Part shown: positions 31,046-46,210 of the stretch, in pieces
Numbering within the stretch: the stretch's first letter is position 1
How the letters are laid out: each line of letters starts with the position of its first letter
Assembly: GCF_009914755.1 (NCBI RefSeq)
Contig: NC_060929.1
Direction: 5' to 3' (one strand)
Length of the DNA: 64,000 nt
DNA from: the human T2T-CHM13v2.0 reference genome, Homo sapiens
The notes under the pieces: model-generated
What the model was told of the DNA's origin: nothing
Database searches by the model: none
What the model saw: only the letters and a program-made list of their open reading frames with translations
Program-made: the position numbers and the translations under genes

Positions 31046-33789
31046 AGACTTGTTTTTTTAAAGAATCTGTTTTCTAAAAATAATTAGTCTTAAATTTACT
31101 CTTACTCTCTCTAAAGGGTAGGTGACATAAATATGGGCAGTAAATGTAGTCCTGTGGCCCAATTGTGAGCTTTGGGGTGGGGCAGTCTTTTTTCTAGAAC
31201 TTCATTGAGCTCCTTTCTAGTTATGAAATTAATACATATCTAATGCAGACACCTCTAAAATCACCGCTGAGTGCAAAGATATGTAATCACACCAAATTAA
31301 TCCGATGATAGTTACTGAGTGTATATCAGTGTGGGATTTCAGATTATTAAATAAACAGAACCAAACTCCGCATTTTCTAACTGCCGTGTTCACCTAATAT
31401 ACAGTCACTATTTTTCTACCTTAAACTATATTCTGTGATCTGATTTTTTAAAATGACTGAATAGCTTCTTATTGTATCGATGTTGCGGTTTATATCTGTG
31501 GTCATTGATGATAGAATGTAGTAGTATCCTTTGATGGTTTCCAACAAGATTTCTTTATCTTATACCAGATGGCATTTCCTAGCTCTTGCCTGACAATTAA
31601 GGGATAATGTTCTGATTATAGTAGTTGTTACATTTTCCTCCCTCCAGACCAATTAAGTTCTCATTTCATATTTAGGGGCTCGCTGAAAGCAAATGCAGCA
31701 ATCCCCAACCCCTTGTATTCTATTCATTAATTCTTGTCTTTGGCAAATATTGAAGAACTGGAGGTGATTGAGACACAAACCTTGTCTTCCATGGGTTTTA
31801 TTCTGATGGAGCCCATGGGCAATATACAAATAAAAATAAATATATAATACAATAGCAAGTGGAGATAAGAATCAGTTAAATAGGTCTAGACCTATTACTA
31901 TTAACTGGAAGGATATTCGTTATATTACAAACGTTATAACTGTCAGCAAAATCTGGGTCACAGGCTGAGGTCACGCATGGTAGACCAAGGGGAGGAGCTT
32001 GAGGGCCCCTCTTCACCTTCAATACCTGCACGCATCTCCATCAGTCACTGATGGTCTTTCTGGTTTCCTCTTTTATCTACCACATGAAAAGACTATCTGA
32101 TTATAATTTGATGCCTGATAATTTCTAAGTTAGGTGGAGAACATCAGGCTTCCTTTCTAAAGGAGTCATTTTGTTTACAATGGCACTGCCTTTGCCTTGG
32201 TGCTGATCGTTTTTGTGGTTTTTCTTTTGTTGTAATCTTATCCTTTCCTTTCCTTTTTTTTTTTTTTTAATCGATGAAGGGTTTATATCGGGACGGGCAG
32301 TGTTGAGTATTTAGTTTCTTTTTTCAAATTGAGCACAATGATATTTATTACGCATTTCTGGTTTCAAGCTAATCAATAAAGGAGGCCAGCAAAAGCCCGC
32401 CCTTCCGGAGGCTCGGGCTCACTGAATGTGTGTGGCAAAAGCTGGAATTTTATCTCTTAAGAAAAACGGATGGATCCCACTGCTATCTGACTGCTCTGTC
32501 AGACAACAGATGAAGAGAAACCCCTCCAAAAAGTTGTTATGGTTTCTCACTGGACTTTCAGATGTCTGTTCACAGATGAGCTTCTAATTAACCAGAAATC
32601 TGTCTCCCACGAGGTCAATAAAAATCTGACACCTTTTCAGAAGTACATTTTGGAGTGACTTTCTGGTCATTTTAGAGAGCATTAAAACATAAAAGCATTT
32701 CGCTTTCCAATGGAAGTTCTTTTCTATTAGTACCAAAGATGAAATCTCCATGATCCTTTATATGTTTCTAAGCAGCATAGCTAAACATCTCAAAGAATTT
32801 TCTCATTATTTTTCTGTAATTCAAACCTATGCAAGCTTAAAGGGAACAATAATGATACCTAGGATTGGCTTGTGTAGACCCAGATGGCTTTTGCATATTT
32901 TCATTACACATTTATTTAGTAATCAGAAGAAGTTATTTTGATTCTTATATAACCAGTTCCTCAGCCAGAGTAAAGTCAGAATAAAGTGAACTATCAGGCG
33001 TTATGAATATACCCATATTAGAGGAAAATACCCTTTCAGCCCTATCTTTATGGAAAAGGACTTAGGAAGTGCAAGTTCAAAACTTGGTAAGTCTGACCAC
33101 TGTAGAATTTATTTCCTTAGTGTGGCATGTGTAAATTTTTTGTGGGTTAAAAAAAAAAGATTGGATCAATTCTGAGGGATTTTATGTGTGGAGTCTTTCT
33201 GGAAGAGGTCTTTGTAAGTATAAAAATCTTTCTAGGTAATGTCCTTGAAATGGGTAAGGAGGGAAATGATAAACTGAGATGAGACCTTTCAGAAGTGCTA
33301 ACAGAGCCTCAGACCTGACCTGACCATCCATATTAAAACAGGACCGTGGTCTCCATTCAGGAGCTTTTTGATACCTTTCGATCTAGATATGTGAGATGTC
33401 TGGAGTCAAACCTGGAGGGTTTCCACAGGATAGTGTGGCTGTTTGGGTTCCCAGAAGCTTCCTTTAGCAGGTTAAGCAAGAAGTATATTCTTTAACAACC
33501 AAACCTCCTGTTCCTTAGCGTTAATCCCCAGCCACGTTAAACACGTTTCCAAACTTTGTATTTAATGCATATCTAAAGACCAGTTTTGTCAAGGATTTAC
33601 TCTGTCTTCCTTGTGCTCTTTGAGAAACTTAGGCAAGTCCACACATATTTTTTATAGCCTGCCTCACTCTTTACTATATATGTCAAATGTTTCAGCCTTC
33701 GTAAGGGAACAACTGTGCTCTCTCTGGATATAAATGTTACTGCTGTCAGTGAACTCAAGTCTATTTGTTCAGTTATGGAATTTTCTCTG

Positions 33790-34090
33790 AGGTTGCTCAC
33801 ACCTGTAATGCCAACACTTTGGGCAGCTGAGGCAGGAGGATCACTTGAGCCCAGGAGTTTGAGATCAGCCTGGCTAATATAGGGAGACCTTTTCTCTACA
33901 AAAATTAAAAGAATTAGTTGGAAATGGTGGCAGGAGGATCCCTTGAGCCAAGGCCAAGGAGGTTGAGGCTGCAGTGAGCTATGATTGTGCCACTGTGCTT
34001 TAGCCTAGGCAACAGAGACCTTGTCTCAAAAATAGAAAAAAAAAAAAAAGAAAAGAAAAAAAGAAAAAGAAAAAAAAGAAGGAAAAGAAA
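33790..34090 (+). mobile_element. AluJ with internal deletion and long A/G-rich tail
   Basis: GGATCACTTGAGCCCAGGAGTTTGAG; GAGGCTGCAGTGAGCTATGATTG. Confidence 0.88.
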
Positions 34091-34199
34091 GAACTCTCTC
34101 TGGATGCCTAGAATTGAATATTTATGTCCAGTCAGTTATTGTTCCTTTAGCTTCCAGGTGAAACTAGTAGGGGCAGGAGATAAAAATTTAGTTTTTCCT

Positions 34200-34308
34200 A
34201 ATAATAATAATAATAATAATAATCTCATGGATACTCATTGTAGAAAACAGGAAAAAAATTAAAAAGCAAATCACACACACGTCACACACACACACACACA
34301 CACACACA
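34200..34308 (+). repeat. (AAT)n at ~34200-34223 and (CA)n at ~34272-34308
   Basis: Direct reading. Confidence 0.9.
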
Positions 34309-35169
34309 AACTCATGATTTTATCATGCAGAAATAGTCATTATTAACATTTTGGCTTACTTTCCTCTGGTCTTTGTTTTAGTAATAATATCGATAGAGCA
34401 TTTGCCGTGTACTGAGTACTTTGCACCCATTGAGAGATAGGTAGTGTTATCCTAAGTTCCTAGAAACCACTATGTCACATACAGACTAGAGGGCAATGTA
34501 CATTATGTTCTTGCACATCTACACACCATAATCAACAGACACATATACAAACATGCATGCATATTGGGTTCCTGTGTATCGGTTTCTCTGTACCTTATTT
34601 TACTCAACATGCTGTCATAAACATTTAACCATGAAAATAGATAATCTTTGAACATACCTTTTGTTAAGGCATACTATTTCAAGCTGTGGATATATCACAA
34701 TCTACTTAGTCACTTCCCAGTTGTTTGCTTTTTGGATTGTTGCTGCTGTTTTCAGCACACTTGTTTATTCTACCAAATCAGAACCAAAATATCTATTTTC
34801 TGAGGCTTGAATATTTCCAATAAGGGTTAAGCCCATTTTTTTGACTGCCTGCAAACTGTCTCTTATATGAGGTTACAAACAGATTATAAGACTTTGAATT
34901 TGAACACTTCTAGAAAGAGGAAAGGGGGATTAGAACAACTCTAAAGGGTTGAAAGCCCACCTTGGAATCCAGAGCCAAGTCACACCATAACCCTTTCTCC
35001 CTCTTGACACCTCCATTAATTCCATACACAAGTTTTTTCAGGCGTGGGTAACTTTATTTTGATAAAATTACAAGCTTTGAAAATACTTGTAGGATATTGC
35101 ACTGTATTTATTTGTCATGTATCTTTATTCTTTAATCTGATCAGCTACTTTTCTATATCTTTCTTGGTA

Positions 35170-35840
35170 TCAACATGAGGAGCATAGGCCATTATTTTGT
35201 AGAATGTCCTTCAGTTTGGGTTTCTCCAGTGCTTCCTCAAAATTAGATTCAGGTTATTCATTTTTGGCAGGAATACCAGTTGGTGTTTGCCCTTTCTGTG
35301 TATCGTATCTGGAGACTCATGCTATCCATTGGTTCCATTACTGCTGATGTTAACTTTGATCCCTTAGTTAAAGTTGAGGGTGTGTCTGCCAAGTTTCTCT
35401 ACTGTAAAGTTATTATTTTGCCCTTTGTAATTGACAATTTGTCAGGCAGTGTTTGAGAATATGTATGTATCCTATTCCTCCTTGACCTTCTACCCACTAG
35501 TTTTAGCATCTCCTATTGCTTGGACAGCTGCAGAATGGTGATTTTCTAACTTCATGATTCGTACCCATTTATTAGCTGCTGTTCTACTATAAGAAAAAGC
35601 TTTTCATTTTCCTTTTTTTAACAAAATTCTGTCACCAAAGCCCTCATTCCTGGGACCTTCATTTAATCGCTCACCTATAAACATTTATTATTAATATTGG
35701 TATAGGCTCATGGATTCTTATTTTATTTGCTGGTTTATAATCCATTACTATCATTTTTTTTTTTTGATGCTCAAATTGTGCCCAGATTTGGCCAGTAGGA
35801 ATCCACCAGGCTGGCTTCTGTGTTTTCTTGGTAGGTCCCC
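35170..35840 (-). mobile_element. L1MC4/5-like fragment
   Basis: TTTTGTAGAATGTCCTTCAGTTTGGGTTT...ATTAGATTCAGGTTA...GATGTTAACTTTGATC...CCCAGATTTGGCCAGT. Confidence 0.75.
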
Positions 35841-36399
35841 AACATGTTGTAAGTACTGCTACATGTTGTAAGTTCTTGTGGAGTTTACATTTTGGTAGAA
35901 AGTCAGAGAGGCCTTTGGTATAGTTCTATTTTTATTCATCATGCTTGGTATTTCATGAGCTCTTCCATCTGGAAACTTAAGTCCTTTTGTTCTGAAAAAT
36001 ATTAAAATAATTTTCAGTTTTCACTTGAATGGGCTTTCTAATTTTCTTATCTTCACTTTATTTTCATTTCTTTGTCTTTTTTCTCTGATTTCTGAGAGAT
36101 TTCCTCAGCTCTTTCAATTCTGCTGTTTAGATTTTTATTTCTGCTGTCATGTTCTTAACAGCCTTATCTATTAACTTTAAATTAAAAACGATATCCTGCT
36201 TGTGCTTCATTCCCATTAGCTTGCTGAAGATATTCATGAAACTGTTTCACTTGAAATTTCCATTTTCTATATAGTCTTTTTTCATGTTGCATATGTGTGT
36301 GTGCACATTGTGAGTGTGTTCTGTTGGTCTGCTTATTTTCTTCTTTCTTGTTAGATTCCCTCAAATATCTGGTGATCCTTGGCTTTCTGTTCATTTTTA

Positions 36400-37105
36400 A
36401 AAAATAGATTATTTTTTAGAGCAGTTTCAAGTTCATAGCAAAATGGAGCAGAAAGTACAATGATATCCAGCCCCTCCATCCACACACAGCCTCCCCTACT
36501 ATTGACAGGCAGCAGGGTGGTACATTTGTTACAGTTGATGAACTTACATTGAAACATCATTGTCACACAAAGTTTACATTAGGATTCACTCTTGATATTG
36601 TACAATTTTGTAAAATGCATAATGACATATATCCACTATCATAGTATCATAAAGAATTGCCAGGCGCGGTGGCTCATGCCTGTAATCCCAGCAGTTTGGG
36701 AGGCTGAGGTGGGCAGATCACTTGAGGTCAGGAGTTCAAGACCAGTCGAGCCAACATGGTGAAACCCAGTCACTGCTAAAAACACAAAAATTAGCTGGGC
36801 ATGGTGGCGGGTGCCTGTAATCCCAGCAACTCAGGAGGCTGAGGTAGGAGAATAGCTTGAACCTGGGAGGCGGAGGTTGCAGTGAGCCAAGATTGCGCCA
36901 CTGCACTCCAGACTGGGTGACAGAGTGAGACCCCTGTCTCAAAAAAAACAGCAAGAAAAAAGAATGGTTTCCCTGCTCTCAAAATTGTCTGTGCTCCATG
37001 CATTATCCATCCCTTCCCCCGGCCCCTGGTGACCATTGATCTTTTTACTGTCTGTCTGTATGATTTTGCCTTTTCTAGAATGTTACATGGCTGGAATCAT
37101 ACAAG
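36400..37105 (-). mobile_element. L1MC/MD 3' fragment interrupted by Alu
   Basis: GTGGTACATTTGTTACAGTTGATGAAC; GTTTCCCTGCTCTCAAAAT; CCATTGATCTTTTTACTGTC. Confidence 0.8.
36658..36960 (+). mobile_element. AluSx/Sz
   Basis: Full Alu dimer. Confidence 0.95.
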
Positions 37106-37510
37106 TCTGCTCATTTTCAAGTACACGGCATAAACGATTAGAAACTGAGAGAGAGAGTGGGTATTGTCAAGTGTGAGCATCACTCCAGTGTGACTTCATC
37201 AGCAATCTTATTAGGGTACCCCAAATATCAGTATTGTTGGGTTTTTCAACTTTAGCTAGTCAGAGAAGTCTTTTGCCATGTTCTACCCAGAGGATATAAT
37301 TTGGAGTGTCAACATTCTGGGGTCAGGCAGGGAAGAAAGGCTGGATATCTCAAGTTTTGGTATGTAAGCTTTCTCTGAATTCCCCTGTTTTTTGTTGAGG
37401 ATCGCTGCCTTAGACTCTGTTTTGTCTTCCCTGGCCCTCTGTGCAGAGTGGAGGAGGGAATCTGTGTATCTAACTACTTATGAAATAGACTCTATCACTT
37501 TTCTAGTTTT

Positions 37511-37681
37511 CTCTCTTTTTTTTTTTTTTGAGACAGGGTCTCGCACTGTTGCCTAGGCTGGAGTGCAGTGGTGCAATCTTGGCTCACTGTAACCTTCACC
37601 TCCTGGGTTGAAATGATTCTCATATCTCAGCCTCCCTAGTAGCTGGGACTAATCATGTGCGCCACCACACCTGGCTAATTT
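37511..37681 (-). mobile_element. 5'-truncated Alu (right arm only) with 14-bp TSD
   Basis: ACTTTTCTAGTTTT at 37497-37510 and 37682-37695. Confidence 0.88.
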
Positions 37682-38159
37682 ACTTTTCTAGTTTTTTAGT
37701 CTCATTATTACTCTATGTTCCATGAGGTATCAAATGCCACAGGCTCCTGTGCATTTTGGGTTCTGATGTGTCAATGCATTTCTTCTTTAATCTCACTACT
37801 GCCAGTTTAGAAAATTCTGTTTTCTAGGTCTGCTAAATCAATTTCCACTTAATCTGTTTTCCAGATCCCAAAATTTTATATTCATTTTCTCTTCTGTTCC
37901 TTTTCCTGAGTTCGCACCTTTTTCTTTTTCAATTCCTTTACTATTGATATATGAGATTTTAGAAGAGAGGAGATAATGTGTGTGTTCTATGTGCTGAATT
38001 TTATTGAAAGTTTCCTGACACTTTTTTGGTGTTATGTTTTTATTCTTATGATAATGAAGCACATTCTTGACCAAGAAACCCCCTAGTTCATCTTTCTGCA
38101 TCATTCATACAATTATAGGGTCAGAAGGGAGACAGATTTCTGTTCAAACAACTGCTCAG

Positions 38160-38330
38160 CCAGTATTATCTTTGTGCACCTGGTCAAGTCACTTCATCCT
38201 TCAAGCTTTAATTTCCTCTCTTGTAAAATGAAGATTAAACTGGTACTTGTCTCATATGAATGTTTTAAGATTATCTGAGACAATAGGTGCTAATGTGCCA
38301 TCATGGTGGCTGCCATAAAGCAGGTGCTTG
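38160..38330 (+). mobile_element. MIR
   Basis: GGTCAAGTCACTTCATCCTTC...TTTCCTCTCTTGTAAAATGAAGAT. Confidence 0.65.
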
Positions 38331-38630
38331 GGAAATGGCTGCCCTTCACCTCCTGCTCATCCTTCTGCCAGTTTAAGATGTGAACACAAAATGGTCAAAG
38401 AGTTGTGACATTTTCAGGAATTGAGCCTGTTTCTGAAATGCTGATTTTTGTGAGAGGGAATCTGTAGGTGTCACCTGGACGTGGCCTTTTGACATTCAAA
38501 GTAGAGTGATCCAATCCACAGGTGAGGGGCATAGCAGTCCTGGTGCATTTATCCATTCATTCATTCACTCATGCAGTAATGAGTGCCCATTGTATGGGGC
38601 ATTTTAAAGTAAATATTATATATCCTGTCA

Positions 38631-39043
<413 letters not shown>

Positions 39044-39626
39044 AGAATTAACATGTTCTTCGTATTATCTAATATTCAATGAATATTGAAATTGTTTTCA
39101 TTATTACACATTGTTTTCTAAATAATTCCTCTGTTTATTGACTTGGTTTCCAGATGTGATCTATTTATTGTTTTTTGATTCTGAAATCTCAATTTTCTTT
39201 TAGCTTTTTTACCCCTAGATCACTCCCTCTTCCTTTTTTTCCTCTGTGTATTTGCTTATTGAAGAAACAAGGTAATTATCCCATAGAAAAGTCTTACATT
39301 CTAAACTTGGTCAATGCTTCCTCAAGGTGAAGATTGACTTGTTCTTTTAGTTCATTGACTTGTTCTTTAGTCTTTGTAAGTAAGAAGGTAGAACTAAAGG
39401 CACATTAGTTTCTGCATCATTTCATTTTTTGTTTTTAGAGAAAATATAGTGTGCCATGTAGTTTATGTTTCATCACATCACGTAATATGTAATGATTCAC
39501 TGTTAAGCTTTTTGTAATAGTAATATCAATCAGGATTCAGGTGGTGGTGTTCTTATCCTTTCAATGTAAAGTTTCCCATCAACATTTTATTTATTTATTT
39601 TTATCATCTCTTGATGACTGGATGAT

Positions 39627-40086
39627 TGTTATGAGTTGAATTGTGTCCCCTCTAAATAGATAGATTGAAATTCTAAACCCTGGTAACTGAGAATGTGATT
39701 TTATTTAGAAGTAAGATTGTTGCATATATAATCAAGTTAAGATGAAGTCATTATGGTGGGCCTAAATCTAATATAACTGGCATCCTTATAAGAAGAGGGG
39801 AACACCAGGTGGAGATGGAAACACATGGGGAGAGGATCACATAATGACAGAGGCAGGGCTGGGATGACACAGACAAAAGCCAAGGAATACCAAGGATTGA
39901 TGGGACCATCGACAGGGGCGAGAGAGACAAGACAGGATTCTACCTAGAGTCTCAGAAGGAGCACAGCCCTGCTGACACCTTGATTTTGGACATCCAGCCT
40001 CCAGAGCTGCGACAGAATGCATCTGTGTTGTTTTAAGCCACCCAGTTTGTGTTGGTTTGTTATAGCAGTCCCAGGAAACAAATACA
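39627..40086 (+). mobile_element. MLT1B/C solo LTR
   Basis: TGTTATGAGTTGAATTGTGTCCCC...CCCTGCTGACACCTTGATTTTGG...AAGCCACCCAGTTTG...AAACAAATACA. Confidence 0.9.
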
Positions 40087-40999
40087 GTGGCCATTGCCTG
40101 GTCTGGTTATTTTATTAAAGGTTGAGAAATAGTGATTTTTGTTTTCTATCAATTTTTTCTCCGTTTATTAGCTGGAATTCCTCTGAATGTAAATGTTTCT
40201 ATCCTTCACTAAGGTTATTTTCATTGCCTTGAAGTTTATTTACCCTAGATAGGCATAGTATATGCTGACTGTTTTTTTTTCTTTTTATTATAAAATTTCA
40301 AAGTAATAAGTTGGTGCTCTAGCAACCTTCAGGGATGTCCACTGAATTTATTTGTTTTTCCTGTCTTTCTTCTCTTTCCCTTTTGAATATATTATGGACT
40401 TACAAAGGAAATAAGACATTTCCTTATTTAAAGGAAATGTCGTTAATAAATTATTCTGGGCCCCTGGGCACAGTTGTACATGAAATATAGGGTTTGTATA
40501 TTTCCCTTGAGTAAAATATATGCAAGGAAAATGACCTTGTTAGGATGTCTAAGAAAATGCCTTCTGGTGCCTCAGTGAGTGTCTACCTAAGTTCCAATAA
40601 GGTCAAAGTTGAGTTTGGTTGAGGTAATTCTCTGAATACCAGTATAATATTGGGTATAATTATTTTACTATTTATTCTTCAGTTTGATAAATTTTATATC
40701 TCCTTGGAACTGTGACCATTTTACCTGGAAGAGAATTAAACTTAGATGTATTGTCAGAAATTCTTCCTATCTCAAAACCGTTATGAACTCTGAATAGAAT
40801 CCTTCTTTTCATGGGGCCAATGAGCAGCAGGATAAAGAATTGCGTAGTAGCAACTGGGTGGAGATTTGTGATTATTGCAACTTTGTCTTCAAAAACAAAA
40901 ACTTGGTTATGAGAATTAGTGTATCCGAGGGAAAAGGACAGATTACTTAAAATTGTAACTATCTTGGAAAATCCAATTGTATCCTCTTAGCTTTGTTTC

Positions 41000-41115
41000 A
41001 TCTCTCCTCACTAAATTCAAGCTCCTCTAGAACAAGGCCGTGTCTAACTTATCATTATATCCCCCAAACACTCAGTTTAATGTTTTCACAGAGTAGGTGC
41101 TCAATAAATAAATGA
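41000..41115 (+). mobile_element. L2 3' end fragment
   Basis: AAGCTCCTCTAGAACAAGG...CACAGAGTAGGTGCTCAATAAAT. Confidence 0.65.
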
Positions 41116-41386
41116 ATTTAGTTAGAATTCAATGCAATTAAAGTTCCTCAAAAGACCAATATACTTTAGACAAATTTAGAGCAATGAACATCACGTGAGA
41201 AGATAGAATGGATCCAATTACCATAAAAAGGATATATTAACTACATTCAAAATTATGTGGAAGTACAATGATAAAGATGCTTACAATATAAAAAGGTTAT
41301 GTTGTAACATAGTATCCCATTAGATAAAGAAAAATGGTAGGTAATATTTCAATATGAATTTAAAAAGAAGAATGTTTTGTGTGAGG

Positions 41387-41388
<2 letters not shown>

Positions 41389-41425
<37 letters not shown>
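41389..41425 (+). repeat. (GT)n microsatellite, ~18 units
   Basis: Direct reading. Confidence 0.95.
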
Positions 41426-41426
<1 letters not shown>

Positions 41427-41885
41427 TGGGCTTTATTAGTCAGGATGCAATTAAGCAAAAAGAAACCATATAAAAATCTCAATGTGAGGAATCTAACATG
41501 GAGAAATGCTTACAAGGTTAGATTGCTGAAAAAGCAAGAAGGGAATACTGAGGTATCACAGAGACAGTAACTGTGGGACACAGCTACTTCACCTAAGATC
41601 GAGAAGCAAAGGATGTGGCCAGGGGTCATCAGTGCCTCAGAGGAGGGCTCAGCCCTCTGAGGAGAGAGCATTGCCTAGTTTGGGCTGGTACCTTTCGAAG
41701 GAGCTCCACAGAAATGGTTCTGGGAGTGCTTAAAAAACCTGGAGGCTGGAAGTGAAACTAACTGCACTCCTCAGGCTCAGTACCATTGCTGGGGTGATAC
41801 TGACAGAAACAGCAAGGAAACTGCAGGTGAAATGTTCCTCTCCCTTCCTGTCCTCCAATCTCCCTCTAGTCAGAAATGGGAGGGG

Positions 41886-42107
41886 TAAGCGACACAAAGA
41901 GGGGAGCAATAAACACTGGAGCTTACTTGAGGGTGGAGGGTAAGAGGAGCATGAAGACTGAAAAACTACCTATCAGGTACTGTGCTCACTACCTGGGTGA
42001 CGAACTCATCTGCACACCAAACTCTAGCAACACACAATTTACCCATGTAACAAATCTGCATATGTACCCCCTGAACCTAAAATAAAAGTTGGGGGGGAAA
42101 AAAAAAG
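41886..42107 (+). mobile_element. Short L1PA 3' end with A tail
   Basis: CTTGAGGGTGGAGGGT...ACCCATGTAACAAATCTGCATATGTACCCCCTGAACCTAAAATAAAAG. Confidence 0.88.
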
Positions 42108-42284
42108 GAAATGTGAGGTGTGAAGTCCCAGTCGAAGCATCACAAAGAAGAATATGCAAGAGTAGCTTTGAAGTAGGGAGACAAGAACTTAATCATGGTT
42201 GTATCAGGGAAAGAGATATAGACACCTGGTCTCACCCTTTACGTACTTCTGCGTTGTTTGAACTGGGTCTATGGTGACCAAGCC

Positions 42285-44325
<2,041 letters not shown>

Positions 44326-44729
44326 TGCTTTACTTTTAGGAACAACGCTATTTCCATTTTGACCAGAAAATCTATGTTTTTCAAGATGCTAGCTCTCTTG
44401 GTAAGAGGCATTTATTGTAAGCTGTATTAAATAAGCTCAGATTAAAATAAAGATTTTGTCTCTTTTTAGAGCATATAACATTTATAACTTTAAATTTATT
44501 TGGGTGCAATAAATATTTGTGTAATTTTGTGAAGACAGGAACTATGTCTAGTGCTGATCACTGTGTACCCAGGCTAAGCCTGGCAGCCTCTACATAGAAT
44601 TTGCTCAAAGAATTGTCAAGAAATGGGGACATCTTCTCTAACAGGCCAGGGAAGAGGAGCAGAAGGGTATGTGGTCTGATGCTGTCCAAGGTCCCAGGAT
44701 ATATTAAAAAACCCCTCAGTTTGACCAGA

Positions 44730-44965
44730 AACAAACGTATGCACGGTTTACGATTTCATTTATATGAACTGTTCAAAAATCTGGGGATGAGAATACGGAG
44801 TGACTGTGATTGGCATGAGGTTTCTTTTTAGGTTGACAGAAATGTTCTAAAATTGGATTGCCGTGATGATCGTTCTCTGTAATTGTACTATAATTCATTC
44901 AATGGTACACTTGAAAACAAATTTTATGGTATGTAAATTATATCACAATAAAGCTGTCTAAAAAA
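44730..44965 (+). mobile_element. L1MB/ME 3' end fragment
   Basis: AAATGTTCTAAAATTGGATTG...TTTTATGGTATGTAAATTATATCACAATAAAGCTG. Confidence 0.75.
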
Positions 44966-45659
44966 GAACTCCAGCTTGAAACTGAGGCCGTAACCCATTT
45001 TTAATTTTTATTGAGGGAAACAATACAGACAAGGCAAGTCAAAGGGGGTGATATTTCACTGGCAAAAAAAAAATGTGGAGGTGGAATGATTGAAAGGGAT
45101 AGTGGAGCTGTACAAAGCAGTTGGGACTGACGCTCACAAAAAAGGTGATGAGGGATCAAGGGCCAAGAGTCCGGTAGGGAATAGGTCTAAAAAAGGACTT
45201 GGAATACAAAGTAGAGAAAGGACATGAGGTTGAAGAGAGACTTGGGACTGGAAGCTTAACCCCTCTGCCCAGTTCTTGACAGTGAAGAAACAAAGAAGGT
45301 CATGGTCTTGCTTTCCAGAGGTACTAGGGGGAACCACATTTGAAATGCTCCAGGGCAGGGCTGGTCACCCTGGTGTGAAAAGACTATAGCAACTGCCAGA
45401 GAAACGTGACAGTGTGAAAACCTTCCATTTAGGAGTCATCAGTTCGCCATTCACCCTTGTCAGCCCAGCTGCTGGGATGGCTCAGAGGGAAAAGAAATGA
45501 TTGATAGTGGCCCTTGACAGGGTACAAGGGAGAAAGTAAATGTTCGACAAATGACTGCAGGTCATGTTGGCCAGGCTCTCTGACTCCCAATCCTGCTCTT
45601 GAACTTTATGATGGAGAGTGTGCCTCCCTCATAGTCTCTTCAGTCTAAATCACTTGCAC

Positions 45660-45885
<226 letters not shown>

Positions 45886-46019
45886 CACAAATGAAGGACT
45901 TCTGCTTTGATACTTTTGTTCACTTGAAGCTAAAATGGACTTGGCCTTCAAATGCAGTTTTGTTTATTTACAATGTCAGCTCTCGCAGCGTTCTTTAACA
46001 TGAATGATTGCCAGGAACT

Positions 46020-46210
46020 ATGTTAAGATCTTGCCAAGCGTCCTCACACCAACTTGAAGAGTGAGGGACTGTCAGCCCCACTTTACAGATGAAGATACAA
46101 TCTCAAACATGGATTAACTTGCTGAGATCACACAAGTAATAAGTGGCAGAGGTTGGGGCTTCGACTTGGGTGTGTCTGAAGCCAAAGCCTGTTTTCTAGG
46201 ACACTTTCCT
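46020..46210 (-). mobile_element. MIR
   Basis: CCCCACTTTACAGATGAAGA...TAACTTGCTGAGATCACACAAGTAATAAGTGGCAGAG. Confidence 0.7.

Noticed and set aside
39333-39371. Short tandem duplication ATTGACTTGTTCTTT(T)AGT (a similar 13-bp repeat occurs at ~35842-35873)
   Set aside because: Ordinary slippage-type micro-duplications with no sign of function
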